Source: an uncultured Solirubrobacteraceae bacterium
GTDB lineage: Bacteria > Actinomycetota > Thermoleophilia > Solirubrobacterales > Solirubrobacteraceae
NCBI GenBank assembly: GCA_963745635.1
Contig: CAVUYF010000013.1
Span: 273,369-337,368, forward strand
DNA length: 64,000 bases
Reading direction: 5' to 3'
Positions 1-13,496 of this stretch are shown here, one piece after another; the first letter of the stretch is position 1, and each line of letters starts with the position of its first letter. Both the position numbers and the translations under genes were made by a program. Under the pieces are notes generated by a model, which was given only the letters and a program-made list of their open reading frames with translations, did no database searches and was not told the DNA's origin.

Positions 1-1197
1 CGGCTGGAGAGCCGGCTGGGCTTCGGCGGGATGTCCACGGTGCACCTGGCCATGGACATGCGCCTGGAGCGCCAGGTGGCGGTGAAGCTGCTGGCGGAGC
101 ACCTCGCAGACGACCCCGCGTTCGTGTCGCGTTTCCAGCGTGAGGCGCAGGCGGCCGCCCGCCTGGTGCACCCGAACATCGTGCAGGTGTTCGACTCCGG
201 GCGCGACGATCGCACGAGCCAGTACTTCATCGTGATGGAGTACATCGAAGGCTCCTCCTGCGCGGAGATCCTCCGCGACGACGGCTGGGTCGAAGTCGAT
301 GAGGCGCTGTCGATCGTCGAGCAGGCGTGCGAGGGCCTGCACTACGCGCACCGCCACGGCGTGGTGCACCGCGACGTCAAGCCCGGCAACCTGCTGCGCG
401 CGCGCGAAGGCGAGGTCAAGCTGGCGGACTTCGGGATCGCGAAGGCCACCGAGCAGTCGAGCATCACGCAGGTTGGCTCGGTGCTCGGCACCGCCGCCTA
501 CCTCGCGCCCGAGCAGGCCCGCGGCGAGGAGGCCGGCCCCAGCGCGGATCTGTACGCCCTGGGCGTGGTCACCTACCAGCTGATCTCCGGGCGCCTGCCC
601 TACGAGGCGACGTCGCTGACCGAGCTGGCGCTCAAGCAGCAGCAGGAGCAGCCGCCGATGCTGGACACGCTGGTGGCCGCGGTGACGCCCGAGCTGGCCG
701 AGGCGGTCGCGATCGCGCTGGCACTGGACCCACGCGACCGCTACAACACGGCGCTGGAGATGGGGCACGCGCTGGGCAACGGCGCCAGGGGCATCGCACC
801 CGAGAGCGGTCCTCGCGGCGCGCGGGCGGGCGGACGTAGCGGGGCATCGGGACGCGGGCGCGTGCCGATGACGAGCGCCACGACCGTGCTGGCCGGCGCA
901 CGCATGCCAAAGCAGCCCTCCGGCACCGTCGCCGCCCGCCGCCCCCGCCCGGGGCCGGCAAGAGCTGCGGCGCCTGTGCAGGCCGCGCGGCCGGCGGCAA
1001 GCCCGTCGCGTCGTCGCCGCTCCAGCCGCGTGCTGCTGGCGCTGCTCGCCGTGCTGGTGCTCGTGTTGGCGATCGTGGTCGTTGTGGTGGCGACCGCCCC
1101 CGCGCCCACCAAGGTGGTGCTGCGCAAGGTCGTCTACTCCGACGTCCAGCAGACCACCGCCGCGCTGGAGAAGCTCGTGTCGGAAAACACCCAGTAG
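1..1197 (+). CDS. Hanks-type Ser/Thr protein kinase (PknA/PknB-like), membrane anchored, 5'-truncated by the window edge
   Basis: Frame is open from base 1 (RLESRLGFGGMSTV = Gly-rich loop). Motifs VAVK, HRDVKPGN, DFG, GTAAYLAPE. Pro/Arg linker, one TM helix, short C-tail, no PASTA repeats. Confidence 0.93.
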   Translation, partial: RLESRLGFGGMSTVHLAMDMRLERQVAVKLLAEHLADDPAFVSRFQREAQAAARLVHPNIVQVFDSGRDDRTSQYFIVMEYIEGSSCAEILRDDGWVEVDEALSIVEQACEGLHYAHRHGVVHRDVKPGNLLRAREGEVKLADFGIAKATEQSSITQVGSVLGTAAYLAPEQARGEEAGPSADLYALGVVTYQLISGRLPYEATSLTELALKQQQEQPPMLDTLVAAVTPELAEAVAIALALDPRDRYNTALEMGHALGNGARGIAPESGPRGARAGGRSGASGRGRVPMTSATTVLAGARMPKQPSGTVAARRPRPGPARAAAPVQAARPAASPSRRRRSSRVLLALLAVLVLVLAIVVVVVATAPAPTKVVLRKVVYSDVQQTTAALEKLVSENTQ

Positions 1198-1290
1198 AGG
1201 GCACGCCTACCGCAGCGGACCAAACCACCCCGCGCGACTCGACCCGGCCCGGGCCCTGGGCCACGCCTCCCCCACCCACAGGGCCCAACC

Positions 1291-1956
1291 ATGCTCGCCT
1301 CCATCGTCAACGTCACCCACCTCGTCACGACCGCCGGCTACCCGCTGCTGTTCGTGCTGGTGATGAGCGAGGCGGGGGGCGTTCCGATCCCCGGCGAGAC
1401 CGCGCTGATCGCCGCGGCGGTCCTGGCCAGCCAGGGCAAACTGGAGATCGTGTGGGTGATCGTGTTTGCGGCCGCCGGCGCGATCGTGGGCGACAACATC
1501 GGCTACCTGATCGGCCGCAAGGGCGGGCGCTGGCTGCTGGAGCGTCCCGGCATGTTCCACGGCCAGCGCCTGGAGGTGCTGCGGGTGGGCGAGCCGTTCT
1601 TCGAGGCCCACGGTCCGAAGGCGGTGTTCTTCGGGCGCTTCCTGCTCGGCCTGCGCGTGTGGGCGTCGTGGCTGGCGGGCGCCACGCGCATGCACTGGCG
1701 CTCGTTCGCGCTGTGGAACGCGCTGGGAGGCATCTGCTGGGCGACGGCTGTGGGCCTGATCGCCTACCTGCTGGGCCACTCCGCCAGCCACGCCATCGAA
1801 GCGTTCGGCATCTACGGCCTGATCGCGGTGGTCCTGGCGATCGTCAGCGCTGTGGTCCTGCACCGTCGCCACGCCGCCCATCGCCCGCATCCGCCGGCGG
1901 GAGACCCCGCGGCGCTCAGGAGCGGGGATGCCCGGGAGCGCGAGCCCGACGAGTAG
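1291..1956 (+). CDS. DedA family membrane protein
   Basis: E..GVPIPGET, GDNIGY.IGR and FFGRF motifs; hydrophobic segments. Confidence 0.9.
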   Translation: MLASIVNVTHLVTTAGYPLLFVLVMSEAGGVPIPGETALIAAAVLASQGKLEIVWVIVFAAAGAIVGDNIGYLIGRKGGRWLLERPGMFHGQRLEVLRVGEPFFEAHGPKAVFFGRFLLGLRVWASWLAGATRMHWRSFALWNALGGICWATAVGLIAYLLGHSASHAIEAFGIYGLIAVVLAIVSAVVLHRRHAAHRPHPPAGDPAALRSGDAREREPDE

Positions 1957-1971
1957 GCGCTGCTCGGTCCG

Positions 1972-2472
1972 TCAGCAGGTGCCGCAGGGGGCGATGCGTT
2001 CCCACATGTCGGCCAGCGTGCTCAGCTCGACCTCGGAGAAGTGGGAGAAGAACTGGTCGCGGATCACCGCCAGGTGGGTGCCGCGCGCTTCCTGCAGGCG
2101 CTCGCGGCCGGCGGGCGTGAGACAGGCGTAGGAGCCGCGCGCGTCGTGTTCGCACGAGCAGCGCTCCACCAGGCCGTCGCGCTCCATGCGATCGACCAGG
2201 CGCGTCAGACCGCTGCGCGAGAGCTGTGCCTGTTCGGCCAGTTCGCACATGCGCATGCGCCCGCCGGTCGTCTCCTCCAAGTGGTGGAGCACCTCGTAGG
2301 AGCTCATCGGCAGCCCGTGCGCGTGCTCGAGCTCGGAGTCGAGCCGCTTGGCCAGGCACGCGTGCGCTCTGAGCAGTCCGCGCCAGGCGCGGAGCTCCCC
2401 AAGTGTCAGGGTCTCCTGCTCGGAGGTGGCGATCTTGACGGCTGTGACGGTCGACATGACGGTCCAATCCAA
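1972..2472 (-). CDS. MarR family transcriptional regulator
   Basis: ELAEQAQLSRSGLTRLVDRMERDGLVER...DARGSYACLT winged HTH. Several Cys residues suggest possible redox sensing. Confidence 0.9.
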   Translation of the reverse strand: MDWTVMSTVTAVKIATSEQETLTLGELRAWRGLLRAHACLAKRLDSELEHAHGLPMSSYEVLHHLEETTGGRMRMCELAEQAQLSRSGLTRLVDRMERDGLVERCSCEHDARGSYACLTPAGRERLQEARGTHLAVIRDQFFSHFSEVELSTLADMWERIAPCGTC

Positions 2473-2529
2473 CGGTACTTCCTCACCCGAACATAGCAGC
2501 GCCGACGCCCGCTGCGCGGGAGATCGCGC

Positions 2530-2919
2530 TCATCGGCGCGTCGCTCTCCACGCCCACAGCATCATCAGCGGCTGCAGCGGCAGGCGCGCATACAGCGCCC
2601 AGCGGGGGATCTTGCGGAAGCGCTCGGGTTCGCGCGCCATGTGCACGTTGGCCGGAAACACCGCCGCCAACAGCGCGATCAACCCCAGCCCCGACAGGCG
2701 CCGCGTACCCGGCGCCAGCACGCCCAGGCCGCCCGCCATCTCCGCCACGCCGCTCACCTGCACCAGCAGCTTCGCGTTGCCCTTCAGCCGGGGAGGCACG
2801 ATCTGCTCGTACGGGCGCGGCATCACGAAGTGGTTGACGCCCGCGCCGATGAAGAACGCCGCCAGCGACCACCGCGACGCGCGACGCGCCGGCCCTGCCG
2901 TCTGCTCATCTGGGTCCAC
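2530..2919 (-). CDS. DoxX-like membrane protein
   Basis: AGVNHF...SGVAE...AVFPANVHMA...RLPLQ pattern. Confidence 0.8.
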   Translation of the reverse strand: MDPDEQTAGPARRASRWSLAAFFIGAGVNHFVMPRPYEQIVPPRLKGNAKLLVQVSGVAEMAGGLGVLAPGTRRLSGLGLIALLAAVFPANVHMAREPERFRKIPRWALYARLPLQPLMMLWAWRATRR

Positions 2920-2978
2920 AACGTGCTCCTTCGTGCACCGCGAACGCCTCCGCGGCCGGTAGGCCGCCCATCAACAAC

Positions 2979-4605
2979 CTAGCCGCCCTCGATCAACGAG
3001 CGCCCCGTCATCTGCTGCGGCTGCTCGATTCCCAGCACCTGCAGCACCGTCGGCGCCACGTCCGCCAGGATGCCGTCCCGCTCGCGCAGCGACACGCCCG
3101 TGCTCGTCACGATCAGCGGCACCGGGTTCAGCGAGTGCTGCGTGTTGGGGCTGCCGTCCGGCTCCAGCATGTGGTCGGCGTTGCCGTGGTCGGCCGTCAC
3201 CACGCACACGCCGCCGCGCTCGTGGACCGCCGCCACCACCTCCCCCAGGCACTCGTCCACAGTCTCGATCGCCTGCACCGCGGCGGGGATCACGCCCGTG
3301 TGTCCGACCATGTCCGCGTTCGCGAAGTTGATGATGCCGAAGCGCGCCCCGTCCTCTCGCCACGCGCCCACGAACGCTGCCGCAGCCTCGTGCGCGCTCA
3401 TCTCGGGCTTGTGGTCGTAGGTGGGCACGTCGCGCGGAGAGGGCACCAGCTCGCGCCGCTCGCCGCGCAGCTGCGCCTCCTCGCCACCGTTGAAGAAGTA
3501 CGTCACGTGCGGGTACTTCTCCGTCTCCGCCACGTGCAGCTGTGTCGCGCCCGCCTGCTCGAGCACCACCGACAGCGTCGTCGCGGGGTGCTCCGGCGTG
3601 AACAGCACCGGGTAGGTCCAGTCCTCCTCGTAGCTGGTGAGGGTCGTGTAGCGGCCGACCGCCGGCGCGCCGCCGCGTCCCGTCCAGCCGGGCAGCTCCT
3701 CGGGCCCGCTCGAGCCTTCGGGTGGGCGGGCATCAAATCCAGGCTCGGCCAGCGCGCGTGTGATCTCGCGCATCCTGTCCGGCCTGAAGTTGAACGCGAT
3801 CACGCTGTCGCCCGGACGGATCGTCGCCTCCGCCCCCACGAGCGTGGGCTCGATGAACTCGTCCGTCTCGCCCCTGCGGTAGGCATCCTGCACCGCCTGC
3901 TCGCCGCTGTCCGCGTGATGAATCGCCCGCCCACCCGCATCGCCGTGCACGAGCATGTCGTACGCGCGCTGGACGCGCTCCCAGCGGCGGTCGCGATCCA
4001 TCGCCCAGTAGCGCCCCACGACCGAGCCCACGCGCACGCCCGCCGTGCCGTCCAGCTCGCGCAGGTAGCTCGCGCCCGCGTGCGGCAGCGTGTCGCGCCC
4101 GTCGGTGAACGCGTGCACCACCAGATCCTTGGGTGGGTGGGGACTCAATCCCCGCCCCAGCGCGATCAGCGCGCGCAGGTGCTCGATCGAGGAGTGCACG
4201 CCGCCGTCTGACACCAGGCCGATCAGGTGCACGCGCTCGGCGTTGGCGAACGCCGCACGCAGCGGCTCGCTCTGGGCCAGCGACCCGTCAGCCACCGCGT
4301 CGTCGATGCGCACCAGGTCCTGGCGGACCACCGCGCCCGCGCCCAGGTTCAGATGCCCCACCTCGCTGTTGCCCATCTGCCCGTCCGGCAGGCCCACCGC
4401 GCGCCCGCACGCCGTCAGCGTCGTGTGCGGGATAGGACTCCCACAGCTCATCGAATACCGGCGTCCTGGCCAGCGACACCGCGTTGCCCGGCCCCGGCTC
4501 CGCCAGCCCCCAGCCGTCCAGCACGATCAGGCACGCGCACGGCGCCGGGAGATTTGGAGGCCCGCCCACCCCGCCCGCCCGGCCCACCTCGGCCGGCACG
4601 GTCAT
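2979..4605 (-). CDS. gpmI: 2,3-bisphosphoglycerate-independent phosphoglycerate mutase (apparent frameshift near 4430)
   Basis: LIVLDGWG in one frame; MGNSEVGH, SDGGVHS, DGRDT, AETEKYPHVTYFFNGG, ADHGNA in the next. ATGA overlap with the tpiA stop. Confidence 0.93.
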
Positions 4606-5407
4606 CGCGCCGCGCGCGAGAGCGCAGTCGCCGCCGCGACGATCGCAGCGAACTCCTGCGCATCGAGCGAAGCGCCGCCCACGAGCGCGCCGTCCACGTC
4701 TCCCAGCGCCAGCAGCTCGGCCGCGTTGTCCGGCTTGACCGAGCCGCCGTACAGGATCCGCACCTGCTCGGCGGCCCCTTTGTCGCGGTCGCCAACCAGC
4801 GCACGGATGAACGCAATCGCCTCCTGCGCCTGCTCGGCGTTGGCCACTTTGCCCGTGCCGATCGCCCACACGGGCTCGTATGCGATCACCACCTCCCCCA
4901 GCCGCTCGGCCGGGACCTGCGCCAGGTCGTCGCGCACCTGCTGGCGCAGCTTGCGGTCGGTCTCGCCCTTGTCGCGCTCCTCCTCGGTCTCGCCCACGCA
5001 CAGGATCGGCGCGAGCCCCGCCTCCAGCGCCGCCGGCAGCTTCAGCGCGAGCGCGCGGTCGGTCTCGCCGAACAGCGCGCGGCGCTCGGAGTGGCCGAGC
5101 ACCACGCCGCGCACGTCCAGCTCGCGCAGCATCGGCGCGGAGATCTCGCCCGTGTAGGCGCCCTCCGCCTCCTGGTGCATGTTCTGCGCGTACACCTCCA
5201 CGCGCGAGCCGCGCGCGCTGTCGACCATCGCCTGCAGGTCCGTGAACGGCACGCAGATGGCGATGTCGACGCCGTCAACGGAGGAGACCCGCGGCAGCAG
5301 CGCCTGGATGTGGTCCTCCGCCTGCTCCTGGGTCTTGTGCATCTTCCAGTTGCCCGCGATCAGCGGTCGGCGAGCGCCCGCTCGCGTGCGCTCGCCGGTG
5401 GCGGCGC

Positions 5408-5411
<4 letters not shown>
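4602..5411 (-). CDS. tpiA: Triosephosphate isomerase
   Basis: IAGNWKMH, GHSERR, AYEPVWAIGTG, YGGSV, LVGGASL. TTG start overlaps the pgk stop. Confidence 0.96.
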
Positions 5412-7749
<2,338 letters not shown>

Positions 7750-7811
7750 CTATCAGCGCTCCGGCTGGCGGCGACTCTGCGAGGCCCCCTCCTGCGCCCC
7801 GCGCCGGCCCC

Positions 7812-8771
7812 TCACACGCCTCCGGGCGACTTGTCGATGTCGCGGTGTGCGACCGTCACGTCGAGGTCGTCGTGGTCGCGGTAGCGCTCGGCCAGGTGCT
7901 CTGCGATCGCCACCGAGCGGTGGCGCCCGCCGGTGCATCCGATCGCGATCACCAGATGCGCCTTGCCCTCGCTCACGTATTGCGGGAGCAGGAAGTCGAG
8001 CAGCGGGTGCAGCCTGTCGTACAGCTGATCGAGGCGGCCGTCGCGGGCGATGTACTCGACCACTCCCGCGTCCAGGCCGGTCAGCTCGCGAAGGTCGGGC
8101 TCGTAATGGGGGTTCGCCAGGAAACGCACGTCCAGCGCGAGGTCCTCCTCGCGCGGCGGGCCGTTCTTGAAGCCGAAGCTCATGAACGTCACCGACAGCC
8201 GCCCTACCGTCTTGCGCGGCAGGAGCTCCTCCGCGATCCGCTCGCGGAGCGTCGCCGCCGACATGCCAGTCGTGTCGATCACCAGGTCAGCGCGGCTGCG
8301 CAGCGGCTCGAGCAGCGCCCGCTCGGCGGCCACACCCGCCGCTACGCTGCCCTGCGGCGCCAACGGATGGCGCCGGCGCGTCTCCTTGTAGCGGGTGACC
8401 AGCGCCTGCTCGGCTGCCTCCAGGAACAGCACGTGGTGGCTGAGTCCGAGCGCGTGGAGGTCGTCCACGACCGCCCGCAGCGCCTCGAAGTAAACGCCCC
8501 CGCGGACGTCCGACACGACCGCCGCACGCTCCACCTTCGACCCCTTGTGCACGAACAGCTCCACCAGCGAGCGGATCATCTCCGGCGGCAGGTTGTCCAC
8601 GCAGAAGTAGCCCGCGTCCTCGAACACGTTCATCGCCGTCGACTTGCCCGCGCCGGAGAAGCCCGTGATCACCACGAAGTCCTCCAGGCGCGACTCGATC
8701 ACCGGCTTGCCGGATTTGCCACTGGCGGCTCGCAGCGGACGCAGGGGCCTGATCACGGCCATCGCCTGCAT
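7812..8771 (-). CDS. rapZ: RNase adapter RapZ (YvcJ/UPF0042 P-loop protein)
   Basis: ITGFSGAGKS, CVDNLP, SFGFK, DVRFL.NP, GCTGGRHRSV. Start position approximate. Confidence 0.93.
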   Translation of the reverse strand: MQAMAVIRPLRPLRAASGKSGKPVIESRLEDFVVITGFSGAGKSTAMNVFEDAGYFCVDNLPPEMIRSLVELFVHKGSKVERAAVVSDVRGGVYFEALRAVVDDLHALGLSHHVLFLEAAEQALVTRYKETRRRHPLAPQGSVAAGVAAERALLEPLRSRADLVIDTTGMSAATLRERIAEELLPRKTVGRLSVTFMSFGFKNGPPREEDLALDVRFLANPHYEPDLRELTGLDAGVVEYIARDGRLDQLYDRLHPLLDFLLPQYVSEGKAHLVIAIGCTGGRHRSVAIAEHLAERYRDHDDLDVTVAHRDIDKSPGGV

Positions 8772-8818
8772 TGTGCCCTCCCGCACGGACGCGCGTGTCA
8801 CGTGGTTGGGAACTTGGC

Positions 8819-10705
8819 TCAGCCCGCGCGGTGGAGGTATGCGTGGATGTCTCTGCCGATCTTCGCCGGCAGGCCCGGAACCGCCTGCAGTTCCTCGCCG
8901 GTGGCCGCCACCACAGCCTCCGGGGAGCCGAAGTGTGTCAGCAGCGCGCGCTTGCGCGACGCGCCGATGCCGGGGAGCCCGTCCAGCAGTGAGGTCGTCA
9001 TCGCCTTGTCGCGACGGGTGCGGTGATGGGTGATCGCGAAGCGGTGCGCCTCGTCGCGAACGCGCTGCAGCAGCTGCAGCTCGGGCGTGGAGTGATCGAG
9101 CACCAGCGGTGCGCTGCGACCCGGGAAGAACACCTCCTCGATGCGCTTGGCCAGCGACACCACCGCCACGCCGCGGTCGCGGAACCCCGCCAGCGGTCCC
9201 AGGCCGGCCGCCAGCTGGCCCTTGCCGCCGTCGATCACCACCAGGCTGGGCAGCGCCGCGAAGCTCTGGTCGTATTGCGGGTCGTGCGGCGAGATGTCCG
9301 CCTGGCGCTCCCACTGGGCGAAGCGCCGTTCGAGGACCTCGGCCATCGAGGCGAAGTCGTCGGGCGCCCCCTCGGTGCTGTGGATCTTGAACCGTCGGTA
9401 GTCGGATTTCTTCGGCGCGCCGCCCTCGAACACGACCATCGAGGCCACCGTGTGCGTGCCGCCCAGGTTTGAGATGTCGAAGCACTCGATGCGGATCGGC
9501 GGCGCGTCCAGTCCCAGCGCCTCCTGCAGGCCCTCCAGCGCCTGCACCCTGCTCTCGCGCCGGCGCTCGGAGCGGAGCCGCTCCTGATCGAGCGCCAGCA
9601 GCGCGTTGCGTTCCGCGAGCTCCAGGATGCGGCGCTTCTCGCCGCGCTCCGCCGCACGCAGCTCCACCGGGCCGTCGCGGCGGCTGGAGAGCGCCTGCGC
9701 CAGCGCCGGCCGGGAAGGGTCGGCAGCCATCTCACGCTGGACCACCAGCAGCGCCGGGATCGACGTCGCGCCGCCGTAGTACTGGAGCATGAACTCCTCG
9801 ACCACCTCCGCCAGCTCGCGCTCCGCCTCGTTGGCCAGGTAGAAGGACTGGCGATCGGAGAGCACGCCGTCACGCACCTGAAAGACCTGCGCATTGGCGT
9901 CGCGGCCGTCCACCGCCACCGCCACCGCGTCGAACGTGCCCACCGACTCGCTCGTCACGCGGCGGCGCTCCAGCAGCGAGCGCACCGCCTGCAGCCTGTT
10001 GCGCTCCAGTGTCGCCTGCTCGAACTCCTCCTCCGCCGCCGCCCCACGCATGCGCGCCTCCAGGTCGCGCTCGATCGCGGAGAAGCGGCCGTTGAGGAAG
10101 TCGATCACGCCGTCGATGCTCTCGCGGTACTCCTCCCTGGAGACGTAGTCCACGCACGGGGCCCCGCAGCGCTTGATGTAGTAGTCCAGGCACGGGCTGC
10201 CGCTACGCCGTCCCGGCTCAGGACCCGTGCACGAGCGGAACATGAACACCTTCGCCAGCACCTCCAGCGTGGCGCGCACCCGCTTGGCGTTGGAGTACGG
10301 GCCGAAGTAGGCGCGGCCCGGCCGGTGGCGCTCGCGCGTGAAGTACACGCGCGGGTAGGGCTCGTCCAGCGAGATCGCGATGAACGGGTAGGACTTGTCG
10401 TCGCGCAGGCGGATGTTGAAGCGCGGCCGGTACTGCTTGATGAAGCTCTGCTCCGCCAGCAGCGCGTCCGCCTCGGAGGCGACGACCACGCACTCGATGT
10501 GCTCGACGCTCGCCACCATCTCCGCGTGCCCAGGGCTGCTCGGCACCAGCGCTTTGGAGAAGTGGGAGGCGACGCGCTTGCGCACCGACTTCGCCTTGCC
10601 CACGTAGATCACGCGGGCGTTGCCGTCCCTGAACAGGTACACCCCCGGCTGATCCGGCAGGGCGCGGCGTTGCTCCGCGAGGCTCGCGCCGGTGCTCGCG
10701 TTCAC
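8819..10705 (-). CDS. uvrC: Excinuclease ABC subunit C
   Basis: GIY-YIG (PGVYLF..IYVGKAK), LRDDKSYP, IECFDISN, DGGKGQL, RDEAHRFA, C-terminal HhH. Confidence 0.96.
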   Translation of the reverse strand: MNASTGASLAEQRRALPDQPGVYLFRDGNARVIYVGKAKSVRKRVASHFSKALVPSSPGHAEMVASVEHIECVVVASEADALLAEQSFIKQYRPRFNIRLRDDKSYPFIAISLDEPYPRVYFTRERHRPGRAYFGPYSNAKRVRATLEVLAKVFMFRSCTGPEPGRRSGSPCLDYYIKRCGAPCVDYVSREEYRESIDGVIDFLNGRFSAIERDLEARMRGAAAEEEFEQATLERNRLQAVRSLLERRRVTSESVGTFDAVAVAVDGRDANAQVFQVRDGVLSDRQSFYLANEAERELAEVVEEFMLQYYGGATSIPALLVVQREMAADPSRPALAQALSSRRDGPVELRAAERGEKRRILELAERNALLALDQERLRSERRRESRVQALEGLQEALGLDAPPIRIECFDISNLGGTHTVASMVVFEGGAPKKSDYRRFKIHSTEGAPDDFASMAEVLERRFAQWERQADISPHDPQYDQSFAALPSLVVIDGGKGQLAAGLGPLAGFRDRGVAVVSLAKRIEEVFFPGRSAPLVLDHSTPELQLLQRVRDEAHRFAITHHRTRRDKAMTTSLLDGLPGIGASRKRALLTHFGSPEAVVAATGEELQAVPGLPAKIGRDIHAYLHRAG

Positions 10706-10706
10706 C

Positions 10707-11078
10707 TCAGTAGGCGCGGTAGGCGCGCCACTGCCGGTAGACCGCCAGCAGCGAATACACGACGATCCCCGCCAGCACGAACCACGCCAGCTCGCCCACT
10801 CCTGTCAGCCACATGCGCAGGCGCGCCACCCACAGGAAAAAGGCCAGCGCGATCGCCCCGTACAGCAGGGCGCGGTGGTGGTCGCCCAAGCCGTGCAGCG
10901 ACACACGCTGTTCGCGGTACATCCACAGGCCGAAGCAGCCGATGCCCACACCGAACGCGACCAGCAGCGCCGCTTCGAACGTGCTCGCCGCGCGCCCACC
11001 GCCGGGGATGAAGTAGACGGCCGCCGCGATCGCCAGCAGGATCGCCACGTTGCGGGTCGTTTTCAGGCGTTCGCTCAT
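10707..11078 (-). CDS. Hypothetical 4-TM membrane protein
   Basis: 123 aa with four hydrophobic segments, abutting the uvrC start. TACCCT -10-like hexamer lies 7 nt before the ATG. Confidence 0.65.
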   Translation of the reverse strand: MSERLKTTRNVAILLAIAAAVYFIPGGGRAASTFEAALLVAFGVGIGCFGLWMYREQRVSLHGLGDHHRALLYGAIALAFFLWVARLRMWLTGVGELAWFVLAGIVVYSLLAVYRQWRAYRAY

Positions 11079-11118
11079 TGGAGAGAGGGTAGCTCCGCGC
11101 GCGGCTCGTGCAACGGCT

Positions 11119-13139
11119 TCAGTCGACCAGCGTCTCCAGCCGCGCGTACGCGTCCTCGACCGCCCGCGTCGCCGCCGTGTGGCGCGCTTCGGCCTTGGCC
11201 GCCTCGTAGCGCGTCGCCCACGCCGCCGGGTCGGCCAGCTCCGCTTCCAGCGCCTTCAGCGCCTCCTCCGCCGCTTCGATCGCGCGCTCCGCCTTCTGCT
11301 GCTCGCTCAGGCGGTTCTTGGAGGGGCCCTTGGGTTTGGGCCTCGTCTTGGTCGCCGTGAGCGCATCGGCGTCGACGTGGCCGTTGACCGTCTGCGCGTG
11401 CGATCCGTTGGCCGTCGCGGGCGGCGACAGGGTGGCGTGGGGGTGCCCGCCCGCCTCGCCGGCTGCGCGGGGCTCGCCACCCGTGCGTCCCGCGGCGCCC
11501 GCCCGCAACTCGTCGCGCACGCGTACGTACTCCGGCCAGCCACCGACATAGCTGTGGAGCGAGCCGTCCTCCACCGCCACCGTGCGTGTGCCCACCGCGT
11601 CCAGCAGCGCACGGTCGTGTGAGACGAGCAGCAGCGCGCCGGTGAACGAGCGCAGCGCGTCCTCCAGCGCCTCGCGGCTCTCGAGGTCCAGGTGGTTGGT
11701 GGGCTCGTCCAGGATCAGCACGTTGGGTGGGTGGGATTCCGATCCAACGAGCACCGCCAGCGACAGGCGCCGGCGCTCTCCCCCGGAGAGGCCGCTGAGC
11801 GGCTTGTCTGCATCCTCGCCCGAGAACAGGAAGTTCCCCAGCAGCGCGCGAGCCTTGCCCGGGGTGAGGCCCGTCGCGCGCTGCGTCGCGTCGGCGACGC
11901 TCTGCTCGGCCGGGCCGCCCGCGCCCAGCTCCTCCGCGTGCTGGGAGAGGTAGCCCACTTTCACGTTGTGGCCCGTGCTGAGCTTGCCCGACGCCAGCGG
12001 CCTGCGCCCGGCGAGCGTCTCGATCAGCGTCGTCTTGCCGGTGCCGTTGGGCCCCACCAGCGAGACGTGCTCGCCGCGCTCCAGCCACAGCTCCACGTGC
12101 TCGAGCAGCACCAGCGGCGAATTCTCGCCCACCTCGATGCGGCCGTCCAGCAGCTCGAAGATCACGCGCCCCGAGCGCTCCGGCGCCGCGAACGAGAACT
12201 CCAGGCCCTTGCCATCGCGCGGGTCGCGCTCGATCCGCTCGATCTTGTTCAGCTTCTTCACCCGCGATTGCGCCTGTTTGGCCTTCGTCGCCTTGTAGCG
12301 GAAGCGCTCGATGAAGCGCTCCATCCGCTCGATCTCCGCCTGCTGCTTGTCGATCGCCTTGCCCAGCGCCATCTCGCGGGCGGCCTGTTCGCGGCGCCAC
12401 TGGTGCCACGTGCCCGCGAAGAAGCGCGAGTGGGTGGGTGGGGTCCATAAAGCTCCAGCACAGCCGTGCCCACCGCCTCCAGGAACCAGCGGTCGTGGGC
12501 GACGAGCACGACCGCCGCGTCGAGGTCCACGAGCGTCTGCTCGAGCCACTCCAGCGACTCGATGTCCAGGTGGTTGGTGGGCTCGTCCAGCAGCAGCACG
12601 TCCGCCCCCGTCGCCAGCGCACGAGCCAGCGACGCGCGCGTCAGCTGGCCCCCCGAGAACGTGTCCAGCGTGCGGTCGAGATCGGCCTCGCGAAAGCCCA
12701 GGCCGTGCGCCATCGCCGTCGCCCGGTTGCGCCACAGGTAGCCGCCGCGGGCCTCCAGGCGCGCCTGCGCGCCCGCGTAGCGGGTGAGCGTCGCCTCGTC
12801 GCTCGCGCCCTCGGCCATCCGCGTCTCCAGCTGCGAGAGCTGCGCCTCGATCGCGAGCTCCTCCGCGCACCCCGACAGCAGGTAGTCGCGCAGCGCCATC
12901 GTCCGCTCCCGCGGCGGGCGCTGGTCGTGCAGCGCGATGCGCACGCCCTTGGCCACGCTCAGCTCGCCCCTGTCGATCGACGTCTCGCCCGCCAGCATCC
13001 GCAGCAGCGTCGTCTTGCCCGCGCCGTTGCGGCCGGCGATCGTCAGCCGTTCGCGGCGCTCGAGCTTGAACGACACGCCGCGCAGCAGCGGCTTGCCGGC
13101 CATGTCCTTGTGCAGGTCAGATGCGATCAACAGCGCCAT
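11119..13139 (-). CDS. ABC-F family ribosome-associated ATPase (apparent frameshift near 12440)
   Basis: Two NBDs (GRNGAGKTT/FSGGQ/LLLDEPTNHLD; GPNGTGKTT/LSGGE/ILDEPTNHLD), inter-domain linker, C-terminal coiled coil, no TM. Confidence 0.9.
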
Positions 13140-13208
13140 CGGCTGCTGATGGTAGGCGCTGTCGCGACCGCCCTCCGCTGACTCCTCAGGTAGGATTCCC
13201 GTCGTCCG

Positions 13209-13484
13209 ATGCGCACCCGTCTGATCGCAACGCTCGTCCCCCTCGCGCTGATCGCGTCGCTGGTCCTGGCTCCGGCCGCCAGCGCGTTCAACGACGGCCG
13301 CGGGTTCTACGGCGCGACCACAGACAAAGTGATCGTCGACACGGGTTTCATCCTGATCATCTTCTTCGCCGTGTTCGTGTTCACGATGAGCATGATCCTG
13401 CGCCATCTGGACAAACGCAAGGAAGCGCGCAAAGCCGCGGCCAAGGCCCTCCTGAGCAACGGCCACATGCGCGGCGGCTGGTAG
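13209..13484 (+). CDS. Small hypothetical membrane protein (signal peptide + 1 TM)
   Basis: N-terminal signal ending ASA, one TM helix, basic tail; normal coding codon usage. Confidence 0.65.
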   Translation: MRTRLIATLVPLALIASLVLAPAASAFNDGRGFYGATTDKVIVDTGFILIIFFAVFVFTMSMILRHLDKRKEARKAAAKALLSNGHMRGGW

Positions 13485-13496
13485 CCCGCCCGGCCG